NCBI GenBank assembly: GCA_965228475.1
Contig: OZ245817.1
Location: 1,408,001 to 1,472,000, forward strand
DNA from: Myxococcota bacterium
Lineage (GTDB): Bacteria; Myxococcota_A; UBA9160; JAFDDA01
Length of the DNA stretch: 64,000 bases
Direction of reading: 5' to 3'
How positions within the stretch are numbered: position 1 is the first letter of the stretch; the number at the start of each line of letters is the position of its first letter. A model generated the notes under the pieces. It saw nothing but the letters and a program-made list of their open reading frames with translations, was not told the origin of the DNA and did not search any database. A program made the translations under genes and the position numbers. Of this stretch, positions 20,314-29,657 are shown piece by piece.

Positions 20314-21459
20314 ATGCGGATCCTCTACATGATCGACAACCTCGGGAGCGGCGGTGCGCAGCGTCAGGCTGTGGAGGTCGCCGTTCGTCTGAGCCGACAG
20401 CCGGACGTCGAGGTCGCGTTCGCCGTGTATCGAGATGTCGACTTCTTCCGCGCGCGCCTCGACGAAGCCGAGATCCCTGTCGTCTGTCTGCAGAAGCGCG
20501 GGACGGTCGATCCCTTCTTTCCTCTTCGCCTGCGTCGGTTCATCCGATCTCATCGGCCCGACATCCTTCACGCGTTCCTTCCCATGCCCGTGATCTGGTC
20601 GGCTCTGGCGCGCGGTCGCAGCACAGACAGCACAGTCTGGGTCGCAGGGGAGCGTTCGGCGCCCGAGCACGGCGGCGGCCGCATCTTCGAGTCGGTCCTG
20701 CGCCGCGCGTATCTCCGCTTCGACACCGTCTTCGCCAACTCCTGTCGAGCCTCCCAGGTCCTCGTCGACGCCTGGGGGCTTCGTCGAGAGCGTGTGCACT
20801 ACCTGCCGAACGGGATCGACCTCGAGGAGTGGGACCGACGATCCGAAGGCCCGTGCCCGGTCGATCTCGAGCCGGGGTGCACTCATCTCGCCCTCATTGG
20901 CAGGCTCTCGGAGGAGAAGGGGCATCTCCTGATCCTCGAGGCGGTTTCCCGGTTGGCGGAGGGCCAGCGCAGGCGTCTTCGGCTCTGGTTCTTCGGCGCC
21001 GACGGCCCCATGTCGTCCGCGGTGGACGAGGAGATCGAGCGAAGAGGGCTGCGAGACGTGGCCTTTCGAAGGCCGCCCACACCCCACCTGCCGGCCCTGA
21101 TGCGGCGCCTTGACGGATTGGTCCTGGCGTCCCGTTTCGAAGGGTCGCCGAACGTAGTCCTCGAGGCGATGGCGAGTGGACTCCCGGTACTTTCATACGA
21201 TGTAGGTGACGTCCCTTCGCTCGTTCGGCCGGCCGACACGGGGTGGCTCCTGCCTCCGGGCGACATCGAGGCGCTCACGCGCGGCCTGGTCGAGTTGCTC
21301 GAGGCTCCTCCCGGGGTTCGGCAGCGGATGGGGGCGGCGGGAAGAGCCGTCGTGGCGGAGGAGTTCGCCATCGACGTCGTGGCCCAGAAGCACCTCGATC
21401 TCTATCGCCGACTTGCCGATGAGCTGCGGAGCCATGCCGAGGCAAGGCCGCTGGGCTAG
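20314..21459 (+). CDS. GT4 family glycosyltransferase
   Basis: MRILYMIDNLGSGGAQRQ, PNGID, GRLSEEKG, SRFEGSPNVVLEAMASGLP. Confidence 0.93.
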   Translation: MRILYMIDNLGSGGAQRQAVEVAVRLSRQPDVEVAFAVYRDVDFFRARLDEAEIPVVCLQKRGTVDPFFPLRLRRFIRSHRPDILHAFLPMPVIWSALARGRSTDSTVWVAGERSAPEHGGGRIFESVLRRAYLRFDTVFANSCRASQVLVDAWGLRRERVHYLPNGIDLEEWDRRSEGPCPVDLEPGCTHLALIGRLSEEKGHLLILEAVSRLAEGQRRRLRLWFFGADGPMSSAVDEEIERRGLRDVAFRRPPTPHLPALMRRLDGLVLASRFEGSPNVVLEAMASGLPVLSYDVGDVPSLVRPADTGWLLPPGDIEALTRGLVELLEAPPGVRQRMGAAGRAVVAEEFAIDVVAQKHLDLYRRLADELRSHAEARPLG

Positions 21460-21515
21460 CCTGCCCGGTCCGCCAGCCGGCGCGCAGGTCCAAGAGCCGG
21501 AGGAGCAAGAGCGCC

Positions 21516-22469
21516 ATGTCGCAGGTCGATGTCGTCACCGGAGGGGCAGGGTTCATCGGGTCGCACCTGTCCGGTGCCCTCGCGGCGCAGGGCCGGACGG
21601 TCCGCATCCTCGACAACCTCTCGACGGGCAAGCAGGAGCGGATCGACGGCCTGCTGGCCGAGCACGGCGATCGCATCGACTTCCGCGCCGAGGACATCCA
21701 GGACCCGAAGGCACTCGCGCGTGCCTTCGAAGGCGCCGAGTTCGTCTACCACCAGGCGGCGCTTCCCTCGGTCCCGCGCTCGGTGAACGACCCGGTGGCC
21801 AGCAACGCCGCGAACATCGACGGCACGCTGAACGTCTTCGTGGCCGCCCGGGACGCCGGCGTGAAGAAGGTCGTCTACGCGAGTTCGTCCTCGATCTACG
21901 GAGACTCGAAGGAGCTCCCGAAGCACGAGGGCATGGAGTTCAACCCGAAGTCGCCCTACGCCATCACCAAGTGCGTGGGCGAGATGTACGGGCGGGTCTT
22001 CTCCCAGATCTACGGCCTCGGGACCGTCGGGCTCCGCTACTTCAACGTCTTCGGCCCGTCCCAGGATCCGACCTCGCAGTACGCCGCCGTCATCCCCCGC
22101 TTCATCACGCGCATGCTGGCCGGGGAGTCCCCGATCATCTTCGGCGACGGCGAGCAGAGCCGCGACTTCACCTTCATCGACAACGTGGTCTCGGCGAACC
22201 AGTGTGCTGCGCGCTCCGAGGCGTCGGGCGTCGCCGTGAACGTCGCCTGCGGCGACCGCTTCACGCTGAATCACCTGGTCGAGCAGCTGAACGAGATCCT
22301 CGGCACCTCGATCGAGTCGGTGCACGAGGAGAGCCGCGTCGGCGACGTCAAGCACTCCCAGGCTTCCGTCGATCGCGCCAACGCCGAGATCGGCTTCGTG
22401 CCGAAGGTCGACTTCCTCGAAGGCCTGCGCCAGACGGTGGAGTTCTTCCGGGCGGAAGCCGGGGCCTAG
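21516..22469 (+). CDS. NAD-dependent nucleotide-sugar epimerase/dehydratase (WbpP/TviC-like)
   Basis: VTGGAGFIGSH, HQAALPSVPRS, YAITK, LRYFNVFGP, GDGEQSRDF. Confidence 0.93.
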   Translation: MSQVDVVTGGAGFIGSHLSGALAAQGRTVRILDNLSTGKQERIDGLLAEHGDRIDFRAEDIQDPKALARAFEGAEFVYHQAALPSVPRSVNDPVASNAANIDGTLNVFVAARDAGVKKVVYASSSSIYGDSKELPKHEGMEFNPKSPYAITKCVGEMYGRVFSQIYGLGTVGLRYFNVFGPSQDPTSQYAAVIPRFITRMLAGESPIIFGDGEQSRDFTFIDNVVSANQCAARSEASGVAVNVACGDRFTLNHLVEQLNEILGTSIESVHEESRVGDVKHSQASVDRANAEIGFVPKVDFLEGLRQTVEFFRAEAGA

Positions 22470-23596
22470 CGCGCCGCGCGGACGTTCCGCAGGCGTTCGG
22501 CCAGCACGTCCGCGATCACGGCATGTCCAGCCGGTGTCCAGTGGTCGTCGTAGACGGACGTTCCACTCGCCAGCTCCGCTCGGAGCGCGGCGCTCGGGTC
22601 GATCAGCTCGATGCCGAGGGTCTCGCAGGTCTCCCGTAGCCAGGGCAGCCAGGTGTCTTCGGCCGCGACTTCGCCGGTGAGCTGGGTCTCCCCGCGCGGA
22701 ACGTAGAGAATCGAGAAGCCGACTCCCGCCTCGCGTGTCTTGGCGGCGAACTCGGCCAGGACCGTTCGGCCGAGGGCACGCGCGCGTTCGGAGTACTCGG
22801 TGGGCCAGGTGCTCGGCAGATCGTTCGGGCCGGGCACGGCTCCCGCTTCACCGGACATCTCGACCTCGTCGCGATCCACGCCGATCCGAACGCCGGTCCG
22901 GCGAATCGCCATCGCGCGCTGCCGAGCGAGCCGCGCGACGAAGGAGTGGCGCTGGATGAACTTGCCGATGCGGCGGGAGAGGGAGGCGCCCTCTGGAGGA
23001 ATCGGCCAGCGGATCTGAAAGCCGTCCCCGTCGGGCCTCAGCAGGGCCCTCGTGTTGCCCTCGGCGGCGACGCCCTCGAGCTGATCCCCCAGATCGTTGC
23101 CGACGAAGAGGTAGACGGCGTGGTCGATTCCGTAGCGCGGGCCGTAGGTCTGCCAGGCATGCAGGGCGTTGAACGTGCCCCAGCCCGAGATCCCGAAGCC
23201 GAACGTCTCGAAGCGGTGCTCGAGCTGTTTCTCCAACACCCGGAAGAAGACCTGGTCGAGAGGAACCTGGAGGGACTCGACGTAGGAATCGCCGAAGAAT
23301 GCGACTCGCGTCGTCCCCGCCGCGGCTTCCTTCGCGTGGTCGACGTCCATGAAACCGTCGGCGTTGGGAACGCGTCGGACGAAACGGACCTTGTTGTAGA
23401 TCACGGGGCCGGCGTGAACGTTGCCGCGCAGGGTCGCTTCGTAGCGGCCGCCTCCGTAGCTGCCGGGAGGCAGGAGTGACGGCACCGCTCGGAAGGCTAC
23501 CTCGAGGATCACGACCACGAACGCGAGGCTGAACCCCAAGAGAGCGAGCCGAGCCACGGCGGGGATCCAGCGTCTGTTCGTCTTCGGTCCGGACAT
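22466..23596 (-). CDS. Membrane-anchored SGNH/GDSL-family protein (possible O-acetyl transferase or esterase)
   Basis: N-terminal TM; FFGDSY, GND, DDHWTPAGH. Confidence 0.78.
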   Translation of the reverse strand: MSGPKTNRRWIPAVARLALLGFSLAFVVVILEVAFRAVPSLLPPGSYGGGRYEATLRGNVHAGPVIYNKVRFVRRVPNADGFMDVDHAKEAAAGTTRVAFFGDSYVESLQVPLDQVFFRVLEKQLEHRFETFGFGISGWGTFNALHAWQTYGPRYGIDHAVYLFVGNDLGDQLEGVAAEGNTRALLRPDGDGFQIRWPIPPEGASLSRRIGKFIQRHSFVARLARQRAMAIRRTGVRIGVDRDEVEMSGEAGAVPGPNDLPSTWPTEYSERARALGRTVLAEFAAKTREAGVGFSILYVPRGETQLTGEVAAEDTWLPWLRETCETLGIELIDPSAALRAELASGTSVYDDHWTPAGHAVIADVLAERLRNVRAAR

Positions 23597-23632
23597 CCGG
23601 GCAAGGCTAGCAACTCACCCGGTCCCGGGGGC

Positions 23633-25117
23633 TCAAGTCCTGCGGTTGCGAACGCGAGCGCGCAGGTCTTTCGCGAAGCCGACGAGGTCCCTCGGCTCGA
23701 TCGCGCCCGTCGCGAGCGATGTCACCGCGAAGGCGACGAGGGCTGCGCCCCGGAACCCGAAACGCGCCGCATCGCCGAAGTCGAGGGAAAGGCCGTAGGC
23801 AGCGGCGAGGCCCGCGCTCGCGGCCGCGAGGAACAGCAGCCGGCCTCTCTCGAAGGGGATCGGATAGGTGCGGCGCGTCATCCAGACGGTGACGACGTTC
23901 AAGATCGCGAAGGACATCACCGTGGCGAGGGCGGCGCCGTGGATTCCCATGCGTGGGATGAGCCAAATGTCGAGCAGGAGGTTGCAGGCGCCGGCGATGA
24001 TCACGCGCACGGGCAGGAGGTGGGTCTGCTCCCGGATGAGCAGGCCGACCTTGACGACGTCGCTCAGGGCGAAGAGGAGCAGGGAGGCGCCGAGCATGCC
24101 GATCAGGCGCTCGGCCTCCCAGTAGCGTTCGTCGAGGAGGTGGCGGAGCGGGAGTTCCGCGAAGAAGGCGAGGCCCGCGACGAGCAGGATGCCGCCGGCC
24201 GTGAACTGGGTCGTGAAGCGGGCGAAGACCGCCTGGGCGTCCGGGCGGCGGCCGAGATCGTAGAGGGCGACGTTCCAGACCATCCGGAAGGGGGTGAAGA
24301 CGGCGACGGTCAGGATCGAGGCGACGCGGACGCCCATCCCGTAGAGCCCCACCGCAGCCTCGTCCATGAAGTAGCGGATGAGGTAGCGGTCGGCGGTCGA
24401 CAGGACGTAGAACGAGAGGCCGGCGAAGACGAGGGGCAGGCCGAAGGCGAGCATGCTGCGCATCTCGTCCCGGGAGAAGCGGGCGGGGAGCTGGTCCCGG
24501 CTCGCGCGAAAGAGCAGGGCCGCGAGCGCCACCTGGCTGGCGGCTGCGCCGAGGACCGGCGCTTCGAACGTCTTGTCGGCCCCGAGGATCAGGTAGACCG
24601 TGACCGCGGCCTGGACCCCGGCCCCGAGGAGCAGGATCCAGGCGAGGCCCACCGTCCGGTAGAGGCCACGCATGACCGTGGTGAAGACGTTCACGAGCGC
24701 CGAGGCCACGAGCGTGCCGGCGCCGGCCACGACCAGCCAGCCGAGGGAGGTGTCGTCGAGGAGCAGGCCCGCGATCGGTTCGGCGAGCAGCGTGCAGAGG
24801 AGGGCGACGGCGCCCGTCGAACCGAGGATGCCGGCGGTCGCAGTGCTGGCCGCGAGCCTGCGGCTCTGGGCGTCGTCGGCGTGTTCGTAGTTGAAGCGGC
24901 GGGCGAGGGCGCTCGGCAAGCCGAGCATGAAGAACGTGCCGACCAGGGTGACGGAGGCCATCAGCAGCTCGACCTTGCCGAAGGCTTCGGGGGGCAGATG
25001 ACGCGAGTAGAGAGGGAGGAGCAGGAATCCGAGCACGCCGCTCGCGACGTTCCCCAGCGAGGTGACCAGGGTGTGCGAGACGAGCCGCTTGACCTCGTTC
25101 CCCACGTCGCGCTCCAT
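23633..25117 (-). CDS. wzx: Wzx-like polysaccharide flippase (copy 1)
   Basis: Many TM helices; LLLPLYSRHL, FGLPL, ADRYLI, VGLY, GIHGAALAT. Confidence 0.88.
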   Translation of the reverse strand: MERDVGNEVKRLVSHTLVTSLGNVASGVLGFLLLPLYSRHLPPEAFGKVELLMASVTLVGTFFMLGLPSALARRFNYEHADDAQSRRLAASTATAGILGSTGAVALLCTLLAEPIAGLLLDDTSLGWLVVAGAGTLVASALVNVFTTVMRGLYRTVGLAWILLLGAGVQAAVTVYLILGADKTFEAPVLGAAASQVALAALLFRASRDQLPARFSRDEMRSMLAFGLPLVFAGLSFYVLSTADRYLIRYFMDEAAVGLYGMGVRVASILTVAVFTPFRMVWNVALYDLGRRPDAQAVFARFTTQFTAGGILLVAGLAFFAELPLRHLLDERYWEAERLIGMLGASLLLFALSDVVKVGLLIREQTHLLPVRVIIAGACNLLLDIWLIPRMGIHGAALATVMSFAILNVVTVWMTRRTYPIPFERGRLLFLAAASAGLAAAYGLSLDFGDAARFGFRGAALVAFAVTSLATGAIEPRDLVGFAKDLRARVRNRRT

Positions 25118-25428
25118 GCGCTGCCACCGGTGAGCGCGGGCGAACCGTATGAGATCGCCGGAGTCCCGTAAAGGGAGCGAAAGGGCGGAGCCGCGCCGGC
25201 ATCCGATCCTCGCAAGGCCGCGGCGTTCCATGCAGAAGTTCGACAGGGGCGGTCCCGGTCGGGCCTGGGCCGGTGGTGGCGCGTCATCGTTTCTTCGCCG
25301 GCTCGTCACCCGGCGTCCGGGGGGGCTCCGTACCTTGCCGGGGAAGCGTCCGTCGGCCGCCCGTTCGAAGGCTCCGCGCGGAGTGGTCCATGGGGAGCGC
25401 CCATGGGCAGCGAGATCGGAGGAGCGAG

Positions 25429-26433
25429 ATGCGAAGCCTTGGTTTCACCCGCGTCCACATCACGTCGTGCACCCCGCGTAGCGGTACGACTCTGCTGACC
25501 GAGTTGATGACCCACGGCTTTCGGTTCGACGCGTGGTCCGAGCACGAGATGGATCTGTTCAACCGGCCCCGCCCCTCCCAGTGCCACGGCCGGGTCCTCA
25601 CCAAGTCGCCAACGGACATCGTGACCTCTCGCTACCTGCTCGATCTGTGGAAGGATCTTTGGGTCATCTGCGTCGTCCGGGACCCGCGCGACGTCGTCGT
25701 GAGCCGGCACCGCGGCGCTCCCGACCGCTACTACGTCGGCCTCAACAACTGGAAGGAGGGCTACGGCCACATGCAGCGGCTGGCAGCTCACCCCCGCGTG
25801 TTGACGCTGCGATACGAGGATCTCGCCGAGGACCCGGATGGAGTCCAGGCGAAGATCGCCGCGTTCCTGCCGTGGCTGGAGCGCCGCGCGGCGTTCTCGA
25901 CGTTTCACGAGGTTGCACGGCCGTCCGAGGGTTCGTCCAAGGCCCTCGGCGGGGTTCGGCCCGTGTCTTCGTCGAGCGTCGGCGCATGGCGGCGGCACCT
26001 CCCGCGCATCGCCTCGCAGGTGGCGCGCCACGGCCCCATCGACGACGTGCTCTACGACCTCGGCTACGAGGCCGACACGGAGTGGAAGCGCGAGCTCGAC
26101 GGGATCGAGCCGGATGGTCTTCCGTCGTACTTCCCGGAGTTCCCGACGGCGGGCCAGCGCTGGCAGCGGCGGCTCTGGATCCTGCGAAACTGGGTTCGCT
26201 GCGTGCTCGGGATCGAGGTTCGCGCGGATCTGGTGACGGCGACTTCGGCTGGCTCAGGCGCCGAAGGCGTTGCCCGCCCACGCCTCGAGCAGGAACACAC
26301 GCATCAGTTCGGGGTCGAGGCCCGTCGTCTCGTCGAGGAATCCGTCGCGAGCGGCAACGAGTCGCGTCGTGTCGTACCACCCGCGCCGCGCGAGCCTTTC
26401 GCTGTCGAGGGTCTCCACGAAGAAGTCGCGTAG
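25429..26433 (+). CDS. PAPS-dependent sulfotransferase family protein
   Basis: GGAGGAG SD; PRSGTTLL (5'-PSB), VVRDPRDVVVS (3'-PB), LRYEDL; last 180 bp overlap asnB copy 2. Confidence 0.85.
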   Translation: MRSLGFTRVHITSCTPRSGTTLLTELMTHGFRFDAWSEHEMDLFNRPRPSQCHGRVLTKSPTDIVTSRYLLDLWKDLWVICVVRDPRDVVVSRHRGAPDRYYVGLNNWKEGYGHMQRLAAHPRVLTLRYEDLAEDPDGVQAKIAAFLPWLERRAAFSTFHEVARPSEGSSKALGGVRPVSSSSVGAWRRHLPRIASQVARHGPIDDVLYDLGYEADTEWKRELDGIEPDGLPSYFPEFPTAGQRWQRRLWILRNWVRCVLGIEVRADLVTATSAGSGAEGVARPRLEQEHTHQFGVEARRLVEESVASGNESRRVVPPAPREPFAVEGLHEEVA

Positions 26434-28098
26434 CGGGCCCCGGAGCCACCGTGCATGGGGGACCGGGAAGCCCATCTTGTCGCGCCGCTTCCAGATCACG
26501 TCGGGCACGAGCCCGGGAAGAATCGAACGCAGCAGGAATTTGTTGAGGCCTCCCTTGCGCAGCAGCCGCGTGGGGGCCCGGCGCGCGAACGCCACGAGTC
26601 GCGGGTCGAGGAAGGGCAGGCGTGCCTCGAGTGAGAAGGCCGAGGAGTTCGTGTCCTCGATCCGGAGGTAGAGGGGCAGCGGCTCGCGGAAGACCGAGAG
26701 TTCGCGAACCTTGGCGAGGTCGCCCGCGGACTCCAGCGGCTCCAGGGGAGCGGTTGCCAGCTCTCCCGCGAGGAGCCGATCGCGCCGGTTCCTCGCTGCG
26801 AGCTTCCCTGCGAACGGTACGAAGCCCGCAACAGACGCTCCCAGAAGCTTGAGCCCCTCGCTCGCGCTGCTCGTTTCGCGGAAGGCCTCGCGGACGGCGT
26901 AGGCGACATCCCCTTCCCGCACGAGGGTTCGCAGGTAGTAGCGTTGGGTCGACGGGTAGCCCGCGAGTAGCTCGTCTGCCCCCTGCCCGTTGAGCAGGAC
27001 GCGCACGTTCTCCCGGGCGGCGAGTTCCATCACCAGGAAGCCGGCGAGGGGTGCCAGCGAGTGGACCGGCTCGTCGTGGGCGGTGAAGAATCGGCGGGTC
27101 TTCTCGTCGAGGAGATCGTCGTCGGCGGAGGTGACGTGCCAGCGAAGGTCGCGCTCCTCCACGAGGGGCCGGATGTACCGGGACTCGTCGAAGTCCGGGA
27201 AGTGGGCCGTGAAGCCGTAGCGGCAGGCGGAGACCCGGTCCCCGGCGAGGAGCTGGCTCGTCACGCCGGTGATCGCCGTCGAGTCGAGGCCCCCCGAGAG
27301 GCTCGTTCCCACGTCGACGTCCGCGCGCAGGCGGATCCGTACCGAATCGATGAAGGCCTCACGGAAGGCTTCGGACCACTCCGTTTCGTCCGCACCGGCC
27401 GGGACTTCGACACCTGCCGTGCCGTCGCCGTAGACCTCCGACCGTTCTGTTCCATCGGCATGGAAGGAATGGATGATGCCCGGGCCCAGACGTTCGACTC
27501 CCTCGAAGAGCGTTCGCTCGTCGCTGTCGAGCATGCCGCGCGCGATGAAGTTGCGCGCCGCCGCGGCGTCCACCCGGGAGAGGTCGAGCCCGAACTCGCG
27601 AAGCGCCTTGATCTCGCTCGCGAGAAGAATCCGGTTCCCGTCCCGGGCGAGGAAGAGCGGTTTGATGCCCCAGGGGTCGCGCACGGCGTGGAGGATCCGC
27701 TCCCGCGCGTCCCAGGCCAGCAGGCCCCACATCCCGTTCATGCGTTCGAGGCAGCCGAGGCCGAACGTCGCGATCGACTCGAGCAGGACCTCGGTGTCGC
27801 AGTCGCTCCGGAACCGGGCGCCGCGGCTCTCGAGCTCCTTGCGGAGCTCGAGGAAGTTGTAGACCTCGCCGTTGTAGGCGACGGTCCAGCGTCCGTCGGC
27901 GCTCGTCATCGGTTGGTGGCCGAGGGGGCTCAGGTCGAGGATGCTGAGGCGCCGGAAGCCGAGGCCGACCGGGCCGTCGAAGAAGCGTCCTTCGTCGTCC
28001 GGCCCCCGGTGGGCGATGCGATCCGTCGCGCGGACGAGTTCGGCCTCGTACCGCCGGGCCTCCCCCCCAAGCTCCAGCAGCCCGACGACTCCGCACAT
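26254..28098 (-). CDS. asnB: Asparagine synthetase B-like glutamine amidotransferase (copy 2)
   Basis: MCGVVG, HRGPD, RRLSILDLS, LSGGLDST, NGQGADELLAGY, LEARLPFLD, KMGF. Confidence 0.94.
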   Translation of the reverse strand: MCGVVGLLELGGEARRYEAELVRATDRIAHRGPDDEGRFFDGPVGLGFRRLSILDLSPLGHQPMTSADGRWTVAYNGEVYNFLELRKELESRGARFRSDCDTEVLLESIATFGLGCLERMNGMWGLLAWDARERILHAVRDPWGIKPLFLARDGNRILLASEIKALREFGLDLSRVDAAAARNFIARGMLDSDERTLFEGVERLGPGIIHSFHADGTERSEVYGDGTAGVEVPAGADETEWSEAFREAFIDSVRIRLRADVDVGTSLSGGLDSTAITGVTSQLLAGDRVSACRYGFTAHFPDFDESRYIRPLVEERDLRWHVTSADDDLLDEKTRRFFTAHDEPVHSLAPLAGFLVMELAARENVRVLLNGQGADELLAGYPSTQRYYLRTLVREGDVAYAVREAFRETSSASEGLKLLGASVAGFVPFAGKLAARNRRDRLLAGELATAPLEPLESAGDLAKVRELSVFREPLPLYLRIEDTNSSAFSLEARLPFLDPRLVAFARRAPTRLLRKGGLNKFLLRSILPGLVPDVIWKRRDKMGFPVPHARWLRGPLRDFFVETLDSERLARRGWYDTTRLVAARDGFLDETTGLDPELMRVFLLEAWAGNAFGA

Positions 28099-28266
28099 GA
28101 CCCGATCACTCCGAATCCAGCTCGCCCCATCCGGCAGGGAGAGGGCCGCGCAGCATAGCGCGTGGCCCCGTCCGCTCGAAAACGGTGACTCGGCCGGAGC
28201 GGTAGAGCGCTCGCCCTTCGCGAACCTCCGGAGCCCGGGCTAGTCTGCGCGCCCACGGAGGCCGCC

Positions 28267-29634
28267 CTGACGGATCGAATCCAAGCCGCCGAGAAGAGCG
28301 CCCCCGAGCATCGGCCCCGGCTGCTCCTCGTCACCCACCATTTTCCCCCGAACGCGACCATCGGAACGGTCCGCGCGCGCCGGATGGCGATCCACCTGGA
28401 GCGGCTGGGCTGGGAGGTGGAGGTCCTGGCCGCGAAGCCGCGCTATCAGGTGACCCTCGATGACGCGCTCTCCGCGGGCCTCGATGCCGTGACGGTGCAC
28501 CGGACGCATTCGATCGAACCTCGAGGGTGGCTTGGCGGCCCGTCGCTGCCGTCTCGCCCGGCACCCGGCTCGTCGCCGGCTTCTCCGGCGTCCGTCCCGC
28601 CTTTGCCGCCCACGACCGTCGTGCCCGGGGAGCCGGGGCACGGGCCCGGGAAGTGGGTCCGCAGCCTGGCGGCGTGGTTGGGCGTGCGGCTCGAGATCCC
28701 GGACTCGCGGGTCGGGTGGGTCCCCGTCGCCGCCTGGGTCGGAAGTCGGCTGCCGCGGCCCGACGTGGTGTTGACCACGATTCCCTGGTGGAGCAGTGCC
28801 CTCGCCGCCAGCTGGATCGCCGGCCGGTTCGGTGCGCCGCTGGTGATCGACTACCGCGACCCCTGGCAGGTCGAGGACGCTCCGGCCGAGTGGCCCGCCT
28901 GGCGCCGCGGCCTCGAACGGTCACTCGAGAACGGATGCCTTCGTCGATCCGCAGCCCTCGTGGCCACGACGCCGAGCATCGCGGCCGATCTCGCGGAACG
29001 CTTCTCCGGGCCGATTCACGTCATCACGAACGCCAGTGATCCCGAGCGCTACGTCGGCGTCTCGCCGCGAGCGTTCGATGTGCCGAGCCTGGTCTACGCG
29101 GGGGGCTTGTACAGCGACCGCAACCTCGATCCGATCTTCGAGGGCTTCGCGCGTCTCGAGCGCGCGGGCCGGATCACGCCACAGGATCTGCAGCTCGTCT
29201 ACATGGGCGCCACGTCGGACTCCGCGGTCGCCTCGGCGGCCCGCCACGGGGCGTCGGCGTTCCTCGTCGACGAGGGCGCCCGCCCGATGCAGCACGCCCT
29301 GGCCGCCACGCTCGGCGCCGCCTGCAACCTCTCCATCGTCGGGGCCTCGCACGTGCGACAGGTCCCGGGCAAGCTCTTCGAGCACATCGGCGCCCGCCGT
29401 CCATTGCTCTGCATCGCACCCGAGGCTTCCGAGGCGGCCGCGCTGCTTCGGCCCGTGCCGACCGCCCACTGTGTCGCAGCAGGCGACGCCGAGGGGATCG
29501 ATTCGGCGCTCCTGGAGGTGAGCCGAAGAGCCTCCGCAAGCGAGTCGGCGGAGATTCCCGCCGCGTTCACTGCCGAGGAAACGATGGCAGCGCTCGACCG
29601 CGCCTTGCGCGCGACGATCGCGCCCGGCGGCTAG
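28267..29634 (+). CDS. GT4-like glycosyltransferase; probable CTG start
   Basis: Conserved-type N-terminus LLLVTHHFPP lies upstream of the first ATG (28384); IDYRDPW, VYAGGLY, PGKLFEH. Confidence 0.82.
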   Translation: MTDRIQAAEKSAPEHRPRLLLVTHHFPPNATIGTVRARRMAIHLERLGWEVEVLAAKPRYQVTLDDALSAGLDAVTVHRTHSIEPRGWLGGPSLPSRPAPGSSPASPASVPPLPPTTVVPGEPGHGPGKWVRSLAAWLGVRLEIPDSRVGWVPVAAWVGSRLPRPDVVLTTIPWWSSALAASWIAGRFGAPLVIDYRDPWQVEDAPAEWPAWRRGLERSLENGCLRRSAALVATTPSIAADLAERFSGPIHVITNASDPERYVGVSPRAFDVPSLVYAGGLYSDRNLDPIFEGFARLERAGRITPQDLQLVYMGATSDSAVASAARHGASAFLVDEGARPMQHALAATLGAACNLSIVGASHVRQVPGKLFEHIGARRPLLCIAPEASEAAALLRPVPTAHCVAAGDAEGIDSALLEVSRRASASESAEIPAAFTAEETMAALDRALRATIAPGG

Positions 29635-29657
29635 CGGATCCCTCTCGCGCCTTGGGC

